A stretch of DNA of 64,000 nucleotides from Salinivirgaceae bacterium (GTDB lineage Bacteria > Bacteroidota > Bacteroidia > Bacteroidales > SZUA-534), in NCBI GenBank assembly GCA_024405635.1, contig JAKSOL010000004.1, positions 83,563-147,562 on the forward strand, given 5' to 3'. The position numbers and the translations under genes are program-made. Positions 18,669-28,237 of this stretch are shown here, one piece after another (the first letter of the stretch is position 1; every line of letters begins with the position of its first letter). The notes beneath the pieces are model-generated. The model ran no database searches. It was not told the DNA's origin and saw only the letters and a program-made list of their open reading frames with translations.

Positions 18669-18736
18669 GTGTAAAAAAATGTGATTGAAATCCCTGTTTT
18701 GTGATTTTTAATAATTTTGCGCCGCAAATTCAAACG

Positions 18737-20035
18737 ATGATTACGGTACTCCCAACATCTATCTCGCAAAGTGACTCTTTGCAAGTGCAATCCGCGACTG
18801 CACCATTGGTTGTTAGTCGTCAGGTTTTGAACACCGATAGTTTTGTAATCGATTCAAGTCGATTGCAACAAAAAACGGTTTCGACACCTGTTGTTAAAAC
18901 AGTACCATTTATTCCGCAAAACGATTCGGTAGCGCACCCAACCTACGATGTTATAAACAACGACTTTGTTATTACGCATAACGAAACGTTGATGGACCAG
19001 TTAGGCATCAACCCAATTGACCCAATAGATGTTGAGCACGAATCGTTTGCAACAGTGGAGGTGAATCAACCAGTAGAGGAAGTTGCACAAACTGAGCAAC
19101 CTGCAGTTTTGGCTGATACAACACCAGTTGTTGAATTAGTGTTGGAGCAAGCTCAACCTCAAACTATAGTAGAGGAACCAATTGCGCAAGCACAAGTTGA
19201 AATTCAAACTGAATCTAATTCAATTACTGAAGTTGCTGACACTATAGCAGCGGTTGATTCGGTTGCATTAGACTCGTGCGTGGTTTTGGCATCAGATAGT
19301 GTGGCTCAAGTTGCAAAACCTCGTACCCACACCACTCAAGATGTTGCCATTTTGCGAAAAGTTCGCAGCATTTCAGCAAATAAGTTGCTAGCCGATGCCG
19401 ATTGGATGTTAATAACAATCATAGTGTCGTTTGTGTTGTTTGCATGGGTGCGATTTACCTCGCATCGTTTTGTTCAATCGGTGCGTCAAACAGTAACAAA
19501 TATATACGCAGCAGTGCGCTTTTATGAAGAACATAACCTTACTCGCGGTAGAGTATTCTTTATGCTCAACATTTTGTTCTTCATTAACTTGAGTTTGTTT
19601 GTTTGCCAATGCTTTGATTTTTATTCAATAAACATTGAAGGACTTGCAGGATTTAAGCTATTTGCGATTTTGTTCACTGTGTTTGTTGTTTTGCTGGGCC
19701 TAAAGTCGTTTGTGCTTGCCGTTTTGGAGTTGATTTTTCAAACCGATGGAGCATTTGGCTTGTACAATTTTTCAATGTTCTGTTGCTACAAATTATACGG
19801 AATGTTAATGTTGCCAGTGGTGGCAGCCTTGCCATTTGTAAGTGCAGATGTGGCCGAAAAGTTGATTTGGGTGGGGCTAGGCTTGTTTGCTTTTGTTTAT
19901 TTGTACTCTATTCTTCGTGGATTTAGAATAGCCATAAAAAATAGAGCATCAATTTTTTACATGTTATTATACTTAAGTGCGATAGAGATTTTACCCTTAA
20001 CATTCATTTTGAAGTGCATATCGCTTTATAGATAA
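18737..20035 (+). CDS. DUF4271-type membrane protein with long low-complexity N-terminal region
   Basis: C-terminal multi-TM region ending YMLLYLSAIEILP; lies directly upstream of hemD as usual in Bacteroidota. Confidence 0.8.
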   Translation: MITVLPTSISQSDSLQVQSATAPLVVSRQVLNTDSFVIDSSRLQQKTVSTPVVKTVPFIPQNDSVAHPTYDVINNDFVITHNETLMDQLGINPIDPIDVEHESFATVEVNQPVEEVAQTEQPAVLADTTPVVELVLEQAQPQTIVEEPIAQAQVEIQTESNSITEVADTIAAVDSVALDSCVVLASDSVAQVAKPRTHTTQDVAILRKVRSISANKLLADADWMLITIIVSFVLFAWVRFTSHRFVQSVRQTVTNIYAAVRFYEEHNLTRGRVFFMLNILFFINLSLFVCQCFDFYSINIEGLAGFKLFAILFTVFVVLLGLKSFVLAVLELIFQTDGAFGLYNFSMFCCYKLYGMLMLPVVAALPFVSADVAEKLIWVGLGLFAFVYLYSILRGFRIAIKNRASIFYMLLYLSAIEILPLTFILKCISLYR

Positions 20036-20071
20036 TGCTGAGGGGAGTGTTTAATATAAATACCAAAGTTT

Positions 20072-20827
20072 GTGAAAGTTAAGAAGATATTGGTTTCGCA
20101 ACCAAAACCTGCTGATGGCGTTAAATCGCCGTACTACGACTTGGCCGAGAAGTATAACCTAAAAATTGATTTCCGACCATTTATTTACGTTGAACCTGTT
20201 GATGTTAAGGAATTTCGCCAAACACGCATCAACATTCTTGATTACACTGCAATCATTTTTACCAGCAAGAAAGGCATCGACAATTTCTTTAAAATGTGCG
20301 AAGCTTTGCGAGTTAACTTGCCAGAAACAATGAAATACTTCTGCATCACCGAGTCAATCGCTCTTTATTTGCAGAAATACATTGTTTACCGCAAACGTAA
20401 AATATCGTTTGGAAATGGAACATTTGACGAGTTGCTAACCTTGCTCGACAAACACAAAGAGGAGAAATTTTTGCTCACATCGTCAGATAAATACAAACCT
20501 GAGGTGCCAGTTAAGTTGGAAGAGCACAAGATAAACTACACCATGGCAATTCTTTACCGTACCGTTGCAAGCGATATGACCGGAATTATGGAAGAAGGCT
20601 ATGATGTTTTTGTATTCTTCAGCCCTGAAGGTATTAAGTCGCTAAAAGAAAACTTCCCCAACTTTGAGCAAGGCGAAGTTAGAATTGCAGCATTTGGACC
20701 AAACACTGCAAAGGCAGTGCGCGATGCTGGTTTGCGACTCGATATTGAGGCTCCGCTTCCCGATGTCCCATCAATGCCAGCGGCTTTGGATTTGTACATT
20801 AAAAACGCAAACAAATCACATAAATAA
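20072..20827 (+). CDS. hemD: Uroporphyrinogen-III synthase-like protein
   Basis: KVKKILVSQPKP, IDFRPFI, YLQKYIVYRKRK, FFSPEGIKSL, PSMPAAL; GTG start. Confidence 0.9.
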   Translation: MKVKKILVSQPKPADGVKSPYYDLAEKYNLKIDFRPFIYVEPVDVKEFRQTRINILDYTAIIFTSKKGIDNFFKMCEALRVNLPETMKYFCITESIALYLQKYIVYRKRKISFGNGTFDELLTLLDKHKEEKFLLTSSDKYKPEVPVKLEEHKINYTMAILYRTVASDMTGIMEEGYDVFVFFSPEGIKSLKENFPNFEQGEVRIAAFGPNTAKAVRDAGLRLDIEAPLPDVPSMPAALDLYIKNANKSHK

Positions 20828-20830
20828 TAC

Positions 20831-20861
20831 AAAGCCCGCCCAAAAGCGGGCTTTGTTTTTT
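20831..20861 (+). terminator. Hairpin/terminator between hemD and rnpA
   Basis: AAAGCCCGC-loop-GCGGGCTTT followed by GTTTTTT. Confidence 0.6.
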
Positions 20862-20868
20862 CTAAAAA

Positions 20869-21258
20869 ATGGAGCAATTCTCACTTAAACGACGCGAACA
20901 TTTAAAAAGCCAAAAGACCATTGACGGACTTTGGGCGCAAAACACTGCGCTTAAAAACTATCCAGTGAAAATGGTTTATGGAACTGCACCTTGCGACAAT
21001 TTTAGCATCGAAGTGGGATTTGTTTCACCAAAAAAATTTCATCGTCATGCAGTTGACCGAAACCGTACCAAGCGCCAAATGCATGAAGCCTTTCGATTGA
21101 ACCGAAATTTGCTTAATCAACTGCAAAATCAGTCAATTAAACTTTCGATGATTTTTGTAGCACAAACCAGCGACATGCTCAATTCGGCAGAGGTTAACTC
21201 AAAAATTAAAAACTTACTTGAACGTTTGGTTGAAAAGATGCAGCAAACAAATGCCTAA
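20869..21258 (+). CDS. rnpA: Ribonuclease P protein component
   Basis: KKFHRHAVDRNRTKRQMHEAFRLN (RNR motif); follows hemD. Confidence 0.9.
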   Translation: MEQFSLKRREHLKSQKTIDGLWAQNTALKNYPVKMVYGTAPCDNFSIEVGFVSPKKFHRHAVDRNRTKRQMHEAFRLNRNLLNQLQNQSIKLSMIFVAQTSDMLNSAEVNSKIKNLLERLVEKMQQTNA

Positions 21259-21309
21259 TTGCGGCAATGTTTTATTTTTGTTGCTTAAGGTTTTTGAAAA
21301 ACTAAACGT

Positions 21310-23004
21310 ATGAAAATTTCTATGATAAAAGGATTGCGCCGAGCAACCATTTGTGCTGTGGTGGTTGTTGTAGCTTTGGCTACCATAGCTTTTTCGCGCT
21401 CCGACGACCACGATTTTGCTTTCGTAAAGAACTTTGATATATACCAAACTCTGATGCGCGAATTGGAGTTGTATTATGTCGATCCTATTGATGCTGGCGA
21501 CCTTATAACAACCAGTATAAACGAAATGCTGCTAACTCTTGATCCTTACACAGTTTACATTCCTGAGGATGATATTGAAGATTTTAGAACAATGACCACA
21601 GGAAAATATGGCGGCATTGGAGCAATTATTCGTAGCGAAAAAGACCAAGTGATTATTGTTGAACCTTATAAAGGCTTTCCTGCCGATAAAGCAGGCTTGC
21701 GTGCTGGCGACATTATTCTTGAAATTGACGGTAAAGCAGTAGGTAAATACAAAGTTAACGACGTAAGCGAACTGCTGAAAGGCGACCCCAAAACATCGGT
21801 TCAACTTACTATTAAAACACCATTTACCGATAAAATACGAAAAGTAAACGTAGTGCGCGACAATGTTAAGATAAACAGCGTTGGCTATGCAGGCTTGGTT
21901 GCCGATAGCATTGGCTACATATCGTTGTCAAACTTTACCGAAAACTGTGCTCAAGAGGTAAAAGCCGAACTACTTAGACTAAAACGCGAGCATAATATCA
22001 AAGCTTTGGTTTTTGACCTCCGAGGCAATCCGGGCGGATTGTTGAGCGAGGCGATAAATGTTTCGAACTTATTTGTAGAAAAAGGACAAGAAATAGTAAG
22101 CACCAAAGGCAAAATGCAGCAATGGAACAAAACATACACCGCATTAAACGATCCAACTGATACTCAAATACCTTTGGTTGTGTTAGTGAATAGCGGGTCG
22201 GCATCGGCATCGGAAATTGTGTCGGGCGTTATTCAAGACCTTGATCGCGGTGTAATTGTTGGAACCCGCACTTATGGTAAAGGACTTGTGCAAACCACTC
22301 GCGACTTGAGCTACCAAACAAAACTGAAACTTACTACAGCAAAATACTATATCCCTAGTGGTCGCTGTATTCAAGCACTCGATTACTCGCACCGAAACGA
22401 AGATGGTAGCGTTGGTAAAGTGCCCGATTCGCTTATCAGCAAATTTAATACAAGAGTAGGCAGAGAGGTGTTCGATGGTGGCGGTGTGCTACCCGATGTT
22501 GAGGTTGAACTAAAATCGTTGAGCATAATTGCAACAAGTTTATACGCTAAACATTTGTTGTTTGACTATGCAACATATTATCGTCAGCATCACGATACCA
22601 TTGGCAATCCTCGCACCTTTAAAATTAGCGACGAAACTTATGACGATTTTAAAAAATTCTTGAGCGACAAGAATTACGATTATACTCTTGATAGCGAACG
22701 TGCGCTTAATCACTTAGAGAGCGTACTTAAAAAAGAAAAGTATGACGACCAAACAGTTGAAGAGTTGCAATCGTTGCGAAACAAATTGGCTCACGATAAA
22801 AACAAAGACCTTGAAACGTTTAAGAACGAGATTGTCCAACTATTGAGTTCGGAAATAGCTTGTCGCTATTATTACCAAGATGGTCGCACAATATCGGCAT
22901 TTGCCGACGATATTACACTCGACAAGGCAATTGAAATTCTGAACAATAAAGAAGAATATAAGCGTATTTTGTCGGCACCAGAAAAAGAACAACCAACCAA
23001 ATAA
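21310..23004 (+). CDS. S41 family C-terminal processing peptidase (PDZ + protease)
   Basis: LDPYT, YGGIGA, DLRGNPGGLL, SASASEIV, TYGKGLVQ, KYYIPSGRCIQ. Confidence 0.93.
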   Translation: MKISMIKGLRRATICAVVVVVALATIAFSRSDDHDFAFVKNFDIYQTLMRELELYYVDPIDAGDLITTSINEMLLTLDPYTVYIPEDDIEDFRTMTTGKYGGIGAIIRSEKDQVIIVEPYKGFPADKAGLRAGDIILEIDGKAVGKYKVNDVSELLKGDPKTSVQLTIKTPFTDKIRKVNVVRDNVKINSVGYAGLVADSIGYISLSNFTENCAQEVKAELLRLKREHNIKALVFDLRGNPGGLLSEAINVSNLFVEKGQEIVSTKGKMQQWNKTYTALNDPTDTQIPLVVLVNSGSASASEIVSGVIQDLDRGVIVGTRTYGKGLVQTTRDLSYQTKLKLTTAKYYIPSGRCIQALDYSHRNEDGSVGKVPDSLISKFNTRVGREVFDGGGVLPDVEVELKSLSIIATSLYAKHLLFDYATYYRQHHDTIGNPRTFKISDETYDDFKKFLSDKNYDYTLDSERALNHLESVLKKEKYDDQTVEELQSLRNKLAHDKNKDLETFKNEIVQLLSSEIACRYYYQDGRTISAFADDITLDKAIEILNNKEEYKRILSAPEKEQPTK

Positions 23005-23017
23005 CACAAACAATTAT

Positions 23018-24148
23018 ATGGAACAGAAACTGAAAATATTTGCCATTGTTCCCAAAAAACTAAAGGAACCACTTGATGGCGACAAAAAAGGTATTTGCTG
23101 TTATTTGGATGCTTTGGGAAAAATATCGCAACTCACTGTAATTGCCGATGTTGAATCGGAAGCCGATGACTTTTCGTTTCGCTTGCGCCCAATTATCTTT
23201 TCGCACCGACCATTCAAACGCATATCAAAACGAAATGCGAAGATTATATACGAGCAGATTCAGAAAGATGCTCCCGACGTTATTATTCTTGAACAACCAT
23301 TTTTAGGTTGGATGGGACAGGTTTCAAAAAGCACAGGTGTTCCATTTTTCCTCGATATGCTGAGCATTGAGTATTTGCGCATAAAATCGGTAGGCCGTTG
23401 GTGGTGGATGCTAATGTACGGCTGGGAACGTTGGGCAATGACTCACTCGCGAGGTGCTTTTTTTGCCACAAACCAAGACCGTTTGATGGCCATAAAAAAA
23501 TTTAAGCTTAACCCCGAACGAGCATTCTTGCGTTCGCATGGGTTCCCTCAAACATCGTTGCCCGTTGTCGATCAAAACGAGCGCGCTCAAGTTTTATCAC
23601 GCCACGGAATAAACCCTAACAACAAAGTGTTTATGTTTTTTGGCGTGCTTAAATATTTGTCGAGTCTTGAATCGCTATCAAACATAATTAACGAAATAAG
23701 TCCGCGACTGAAAGCCAAATTAGGTGGCGGCTACACCATTTTAATTTGTGGAGGTGGGTTAGCACCATCGTTCCAAAAAAGTTTGCAAAAGCTTGAGTGC
23801 GACAACATTGTATATGCAGGTTTTGTTCCTAACATCGATGAATATATACGCAGTTCAGATGTTGTGATGAATCCAGTAGTGCAATACGGAGGAATAAAAA
23901 CCAAGGTGATTGAGGCAATAGGCCAAAATAGAACTGTGGTGTCAACCATTTCGGGCATCGAAGGAATAGATGCTGCTGTTTGCGGCGACAAACTAAAAGT
24001 TGTTACCGACAACGATTGGGATATGTTTGTCAATTGTATGATTGATTCGCTTGAATCTGATAGCAAGACAACACAAGAATTTTATGACAAATACAGCATC
24101 GATGGCATTGCAAAAGACATTTACAACATATTAAATAAATACAAATAG
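23018..24148 (+). CDS. Glycosyltransferase family 4
   Basis: GFVPNIDEYIRSSDVVMNPV...GGIKTKVIEA...VVSTISGIEGI. Confidence 0.85.
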   Translation: MEQKLKIFAIVPKKLKEPLDGDKKGICCYLDALGKISQLTVIADVESEADDFSFRLRPIIFSHRPFKRISKRNAKIIYEQIQKDAPDVIILEQPFLGWMGQVSKSTGVPFFLDMLSIEYLRIKSVGRWWWMLMYGWERWAMTHSRGAFFATNQDRLMAIKKFKLNPERAFLRSHGFPQTSLPVVDQNERAQVLSRHGINPNNKVFMFFGVLKYLSSLESLSNIINEISPRLKAKLGGGYTILICGGGLAPSFQKSLQKLECDNIVYAGFVPNIDEYIRSSDVVMNPVVQYGGIKTKVIEAIGQNRTVVSTISGIEGIDAAVCGDKLKVVTDNDWDMFVNCMIDSLESDSKTTQEFYDKYSIDGIAKDIYNILNKYK

Positions 24149-24149
24149 C

Positions 24150-25208
24150 ATGAATTTTTTAGAAACAACTTTTTGGGGCAGCACAGCCAAACAATGGATT
24201 TTTTGTGCCGCATTTTGGTTGGGAACTTATTTCATCACAAAAATCATTTTGTGGTTTTTCGACAAAGTAATACATCGCATTTGCCGTAATACCGAAACAA
24301 AACTCGACGACATTGTGTGCGAAACACTTCGAGGTCCACTCTCGTTTGGCTTTGTGTTATTAGGTGTTTGGCTTGGATTGCAGCAACTAACATTTGAATC
24401 GGGTTTATCCGATTTTCTTGGAAAGGTTTATACATTTTTGGTAACCATAAACGTAACATGGTTTGTGTCGCGCCTACTTACAGGCATAGTAACAACCTAC
24501 GTTGATCCAATAATGTCAACCAAAGAGAACAAAGTTGGAAAACAAGTTGTGTCAATGCTCAAAAGCGTCATTCATGTAGTAATATGGGCATTTGGCGTTG
24601 TAATGGCGCTTAATAATATTGGTTACGATGTTGGCGCTCTTATAGCAGGTTTGGGTCTAGGAGGTTTAATGGTTGCCATGGCTGCCAAAGACACAGTGTC
24701 AAACTTCTTTGGCGGAGTAACCATCTTTATCGACAAACCATTTACCATTGACGACCGTGTTCGTGCCGAAGGATTTGATGGCTTTGTTACCAAAATAGGA
24801 ATGCGCAGTTTCTGCATCAAAACACTTGATGGTACTGAGGTTGTTATTCCAAACTCAAAGGTGATTGATGGTGTGGTTGAAAACGTGAGCCGCGAACCAG
24901 CTCGTAAAGTGATTTTGGATTTGGGCTTGACTTACGACACAAAACCAGAACAAATGCAGCGCGCCATGGACATTTTGCGCGAAATATCGGCACAAAACAC
25001 AAACTTAGACAACACCAACACAATTGTGTCATTTACCACATTTGGTGATTTTTCGTTAGGCATCAAGTTTATTTATTACATCAAAAGTGGAGCCGATATT
25101 TTTGGAACACAAAACGATGTAAACATGAGCATACTTTCGCGCTTTAATGCTGAAGGATTGAACTTTGCATTCCCAACGCAAACTATTTATGTTGAAAAAA
25201 ACAACTAA
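24150..25208 (+). CDS. mscS: Small-conductance mechanosensitive channel family protein
   Basis: ALIAGLGLGGLMVAMAAKDTVSNFFGG, DKPFTIDD, IPNS, FAFPTQT. Confidence 0.92.
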   Translation: MNFLETTFWGSTAKQWIFCAAFWLGTYFITKIILWFFDKVIHRICRNTETKLDDIVCETLRGPLSFGFVLLGVWLGLQQLTFESGLSDFLGKVYTFLVTINVTWFVSRLLTGIVTTYVDPIMSTKENKVGKQVVSMLKSVIHVVIWAFGVVMALNNIGYDVGALIAGLGLGGLMVAMAAKDTVSNFFGGVTIFIDKPFTIDDRVRAEGFDGFVTKIGMRSFCIKTLDGTEVVIPNSKVIDGVVENVSREPARKVILDLGLTYDTKPEQMQRAMDILREISAQNTNLDNTNTIVSFTTFGDFSLGIKFIYYIKSGADIFGTQNDVNMSILSRFNAEGLNFAFPTQTIYVEKNN

Positions 25209-25900
25209 TGGATAAAAAATTGGTTATAGCCATTGATGGCTTTTCGTCGTGCGGCAAAAGCACAGTTGCCAAAGAATTGGCAAAACAACTAGGCTACACA
25301 TACATCGATAGCGGAGCAATGTATCGTGCTGTTACATTGTATTGCATCGAAAATGGTTTGATTGACGATGATGGAACAGTGAACGAACCAGTGCTTGAAG
25401 CCGTTGTTAGCACCATCAAAATTGGTTTTACATACGATGCCGATGCACGCGTTTACAAAACTTGGCTCAACGGACAATTGGTTGAGGATAAAATTCGCAC
25501 CATAGGTGTATCGAACAAAGTGAGCTACGTGAGCAAAATAGGCTTTGTGCGCGAGCAAATGGTTGAACTACAACGCCAAATGGGAGCAGAAGGAGGAATA
25601 GTGATGGATGGCCGCGACATTGGTACTGTGGTTTTCCCAAATGCCGATTTGAAGATTTTTATGACCGCATCGGTTAAAGTGCGTGCACAACGCCGTTACG
25701 ACGAGTTGCAAGCCAAAGGCGACAATGTGACGTTTGACGAAGTGGCCGCCAATATTGAACAACGCGACTACCTTGACCAACACCGCGACATTTCGCCATT
25801 GCGTCAGGCTGACGATGCTGTGGTGGTTGACAATAGCAACCTTACACGCGAACAACAATTGACTGAAATAGTTCGTTTGGTTGAACAACGCCAAAAATGA
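25208..25900 (+). CDS. cmk: Cytidylate kinase
   Basis: IAIDGFSSCGKST, DSGAMYRA, VMDGRDIGTVVFP, SPLRQADDA. Confidence 0.97.
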   Translation: MDKKLVIAIDGFSSCGKSTVAKELAKQLGYTYIDSGAMYRAVTLYCIENGLIDDDGTVNEPVLEAVVSTIKIGFTYDADARVYKTWLNGQLVEDKIRTIGVSNKVSYVSKIGFVREQMVELQRQMGAEGGIVMDGRDIGTVVFPNADLKIFMTASVKVRAQRRYDELQAKGDNVTFDEVAANIEQRDYLDQHRDISPLRQADDAVVVDNSNLTREQQLTEIVRLVEQRQK

Positions 25901-26760
25901 GCAACGTAACCATATCAATCGATCCGCATTCGGGGTTTTGCTTTGGCGTGCAAAATGCTGTGAGCAAGGCAGTTGAAGAACTGGCTAAAGGTGCACCATT
26001 GTATAGCCTTGGCGCTATGGTGCATAATCCAGCCGAGGTTAAACGTCTTGCCGATATGGGCTTGCAAGTTATTGACCATGAGCAGTTTAATAAAATAAAC
26101 AACTCAAAAGTGCTTTTTCGTGCTCACGGTGAGCCGCCCGAGAGTTACATTAACATACAACAGCGTGGAATTGAATTGATTGATGCCACTTGTCCTGTGG
26201 TTTTGCGGCTGCAACAACGCATAAAATCGGCCTACCAAAAGGCTATTCAAAAAAATGGGCAGATAGTGATATTTGGTAAAAAAGGTCATGCTGAAGTGGT
26301 TGGTCTTATTGGGCAAACCAACGGCACCGCCATTTTGATAGAATCGGAATTGGATCTTGATAAAATTGACTTTAATAGACCTATTGAATTCTTTTCGCAA
26401 ACCACCAAAGATGTAGGCCATTTTATGCAATTAGTTGCCATTATTGAGAAAAAAGCAACCGATTTTAGTTGGCACGACACCATTTGCCGTCAAGTTGCCA
26501 ATCGTGGACCATTGTTGCACGATTTTGCTGCTCATCACGATTTAATGATTTTTGTTGGTGGCTCCGATAGCTCAAATGCCAAGGCCTTGTTCGATATATG
26601 CAAGCAAGTTAATCCGCAATCAATATTTGTAGAGTCGCCTGCCGATATTACAGCCGACATGCTCAAAGGAGCTGCAAGCATCGGTATAAGTGGTGCCACT
26701 TCAACGCCATCGTGGCTCATACAAAATGTTGAGTCGTACGTTAGGGGATTGGTGGGGTAG
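25897..26760 (+). CDS. ispH: 4-hydroxy-3-methylbut-2-enyl diphosphate reductase
   Basis: GFCFGV, VHN, RAHG, DATCPVV, SQTT, DTICRQV, SSN, GATSTP. Confidence 0.97.
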   Translation: MSNVTISIDPHSGFCFGVQNAVSKAVEELAKGAPLYSLGAMVHNPAEVKRLADMGLQVIDHEQFNKINNSKVLFRAHGEPPESYINIQQRGIELIDATCPVVLRLQQRIKSAYQKAIQKNGQIVIFGKKGHAEVVGLIGQTNGTAILIESELDLDKIDFNRPIEFFSQTTKDVGHFMQLVAIIEKKATDFSWHDTICRQVANRGPLLHDFAAHHDLMIFVGGSDSSNAKALFDICKQVNPQSIFVESPADITADMLKGAASIGISGATSTPSWLIQNVESYVRGLVG

Positions 26761-26919
26761 TTCAACAAATCAAAAGCCATAAACTTGCATAGTTAGTGCT
26801 TGTAACTAAGCCTATTAGATTTTGTTTTTCCCAAAAAAGTTTGATAAACAGCCTTAACTAATAAATAGAGGTAAGTGCTAAAAACACAACGCTTTATTAG
26901 TTTTGCAATAAACACGTAA

Positions 26920-27762
26920 ATGATGGAAGCTGAATACACCACCATAAAACCGCAATCGAGTCTGCTCGACATTGACATGAAAGAGTTGTGGCGATACCGC
27001 GATTTGATTTACATGTACACCAAGCGCGACATTGTTACATTCTACAAGCAGACCATACTTGGTCCGCTTTGGTTTGTAGTTCAGCCTGTTCTTACCACCG
27101 TAATGTTCATGTTTGTGTTTGGCAACTTGGCAGGAATCTCCACCGATGGCATTCCTGGCGTGTTGTTCTATTTTAGCGGCATCATTATTTGGAACTACTT
27201 TGCCGACTGCCTTAACCGCAACTCAAAAACCTTTACCGACAACCAAAGCGTTTTTGGCAAAGTGTATTTCCCCCGTTTGGTTGTGCCCATCTCCGTAACC
27301 ATTTCAAACCTAGTTAGGTTTCTCATTCAGTTGGTGCTATTTGTTGTAATTTATTTGTACTACATAATTACAGGCGCAGGCATATTGCCTAACCTTTATT
27401 TGCTTTTGCTGCCACTGCTTGTGCTGATGACCGCAGGCATAAGTCTTGGTTTCGGCATAGTGTTTTCGTCGCTTACAACCAAATATCGCGACCTTACCTT
27501 CCTCCTTCAATTTGGCGTGCAACTTTGGATGTACATAACTCCAATTATCTATCCACTTAGCAGCATATCGGCCGACAAACAATGGCTAATACAGCTAAAT
27601 CCAATGACATCGATAATTGAAACATTCAAGTTTGGAGCCTTAGGTACAGGCGTATTCTCGTGGGGGTGGTTAGGCTACAGCTTCGGATTTATGACTCTAA
27701 TATTGTTTATTGGCATAATCATTTTCAACAAGATAGAGAAAAGCTTTATGGATACGGTGTGA
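26920..27762 (+). CDS. wzm: Polysaccharide ABC exporter permease
   Basis: ELWRYRDL...YKQTILGPLW, KVYFPRL, YRDL, YITPIIYP, NPMT; TAGTTTTG promoter element at 26898-26905. Confidence 0.93.
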   Translation: MMEAEYTTIKPQSSLLDIDMKELWRYRDLIYMYTKRDIVTFYKQTILGPLWFVVQPVLTTVMFMFVFGNLAGISTDGIPGVLFYFSGIIIWNYFADCLNRNSKTFTDNQSVFGKVYFPRLVVPISVTISNLVRFLIQLVLFVVIYLYYIITGAGILPNLYLLLLPLLVLMTAGISLGFGIVFSSLTTKYRDLTFLLQFGVQLWMYITPIIYPLSSISADKQWLIQLNPMTSIIETFKFGALGTGVFSWGWLGYSFGFMTLILFIGIIIFNKIEKSFMDTV

Positions 27763-27803
27763 ATTCGGCTATTTGCTTTTGGCTTTTGGCCATTAGCAGT
27801 GGC
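27763..27803 (+). repeat. Left heptamer array (consensus ~YWTTGGC) upstream of the four-helix-bundle gene
   Basis: ATTCGGC TATTTGC TTTTGGC TTTTGGC CATTAGC AGTGGC, starting right after the wzm stop. Confidence 0.8.
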
Positions 27804-27835
27804 TGATGCAAAATTGTTAACCAACAAAAAAAGGA

Positions 27836-28213
27836 ATGAGAGATTTTAGAAAATATGATGTTTGGAAATTGGCAATGGTCTTAACTAAAGACATTTACAA
27901 CATTTGCGCTACATTCCCACAAAAAGAGCAATTCTCTTTAGCAAATCAAATGTGCCGCGCTGCTATATCCATTCCTTCAAACATTGCAGAAGGATGTTCT
28001 CGAAGTTCCAATATTGAATTTGCAAGATTTATTGAAATAGCTATGGGCTCTGCTTTTGAATTAGAAACGCAATGCGAAATAGCAGAAACCATTAATTACA
28101 TAACAACAAATCAAAAGGACAGTTTAATAGAAAAACTTAATATTATTCAGCGCCAATTAAATGCGCTTAATAGCAAAATTAAACCGCAAAAGAAACCAAA
28201 GGCCAATAGCTAA
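27836..28213 (+). CDS. Four helix bundle protein (23S rRNA-IVP / TIGR02436 family)
   Basis: VWKLAM, FPQKEQFSLANQMCRAAISIPSNIAEG, FIEIAMGSAFELETQ. Confidence 0.93.
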   Translation: MRDFRKYDVWKLAMVLTKDIYNICATFPQKEQFSLANQMCRAAISIPSNIAEGCSRSSNIEFARFIEIAMGSAFELETQCEIAETINYITTNQKDSLIEKLNIIQRQLNALNSKIKPQKKPKANS

Positions 28214-28229
28214 TGGCCAATAGTTAATA
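28195..28229 (+). repeat. Right heptamer array, inverted relative to the left array
   Basis: ACCAAAG GCCAATA GCTAATG GCCAATA GTTAATA. GCTAATGGCCAA (28209-28220) is the exact reverse complement of TTGGCCATTAGC (27786-27797). Confidence 0.8.
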
Positions 28230-28237
28230 GTTTGAAC

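Noticed and set aside
27836-28213. Diversity-generating retroelement, because the four-helix protein is Avd-like
   Set aside because: No reverse transcriptase in the window and no template/variable repeat pair differing at adenines was seen.
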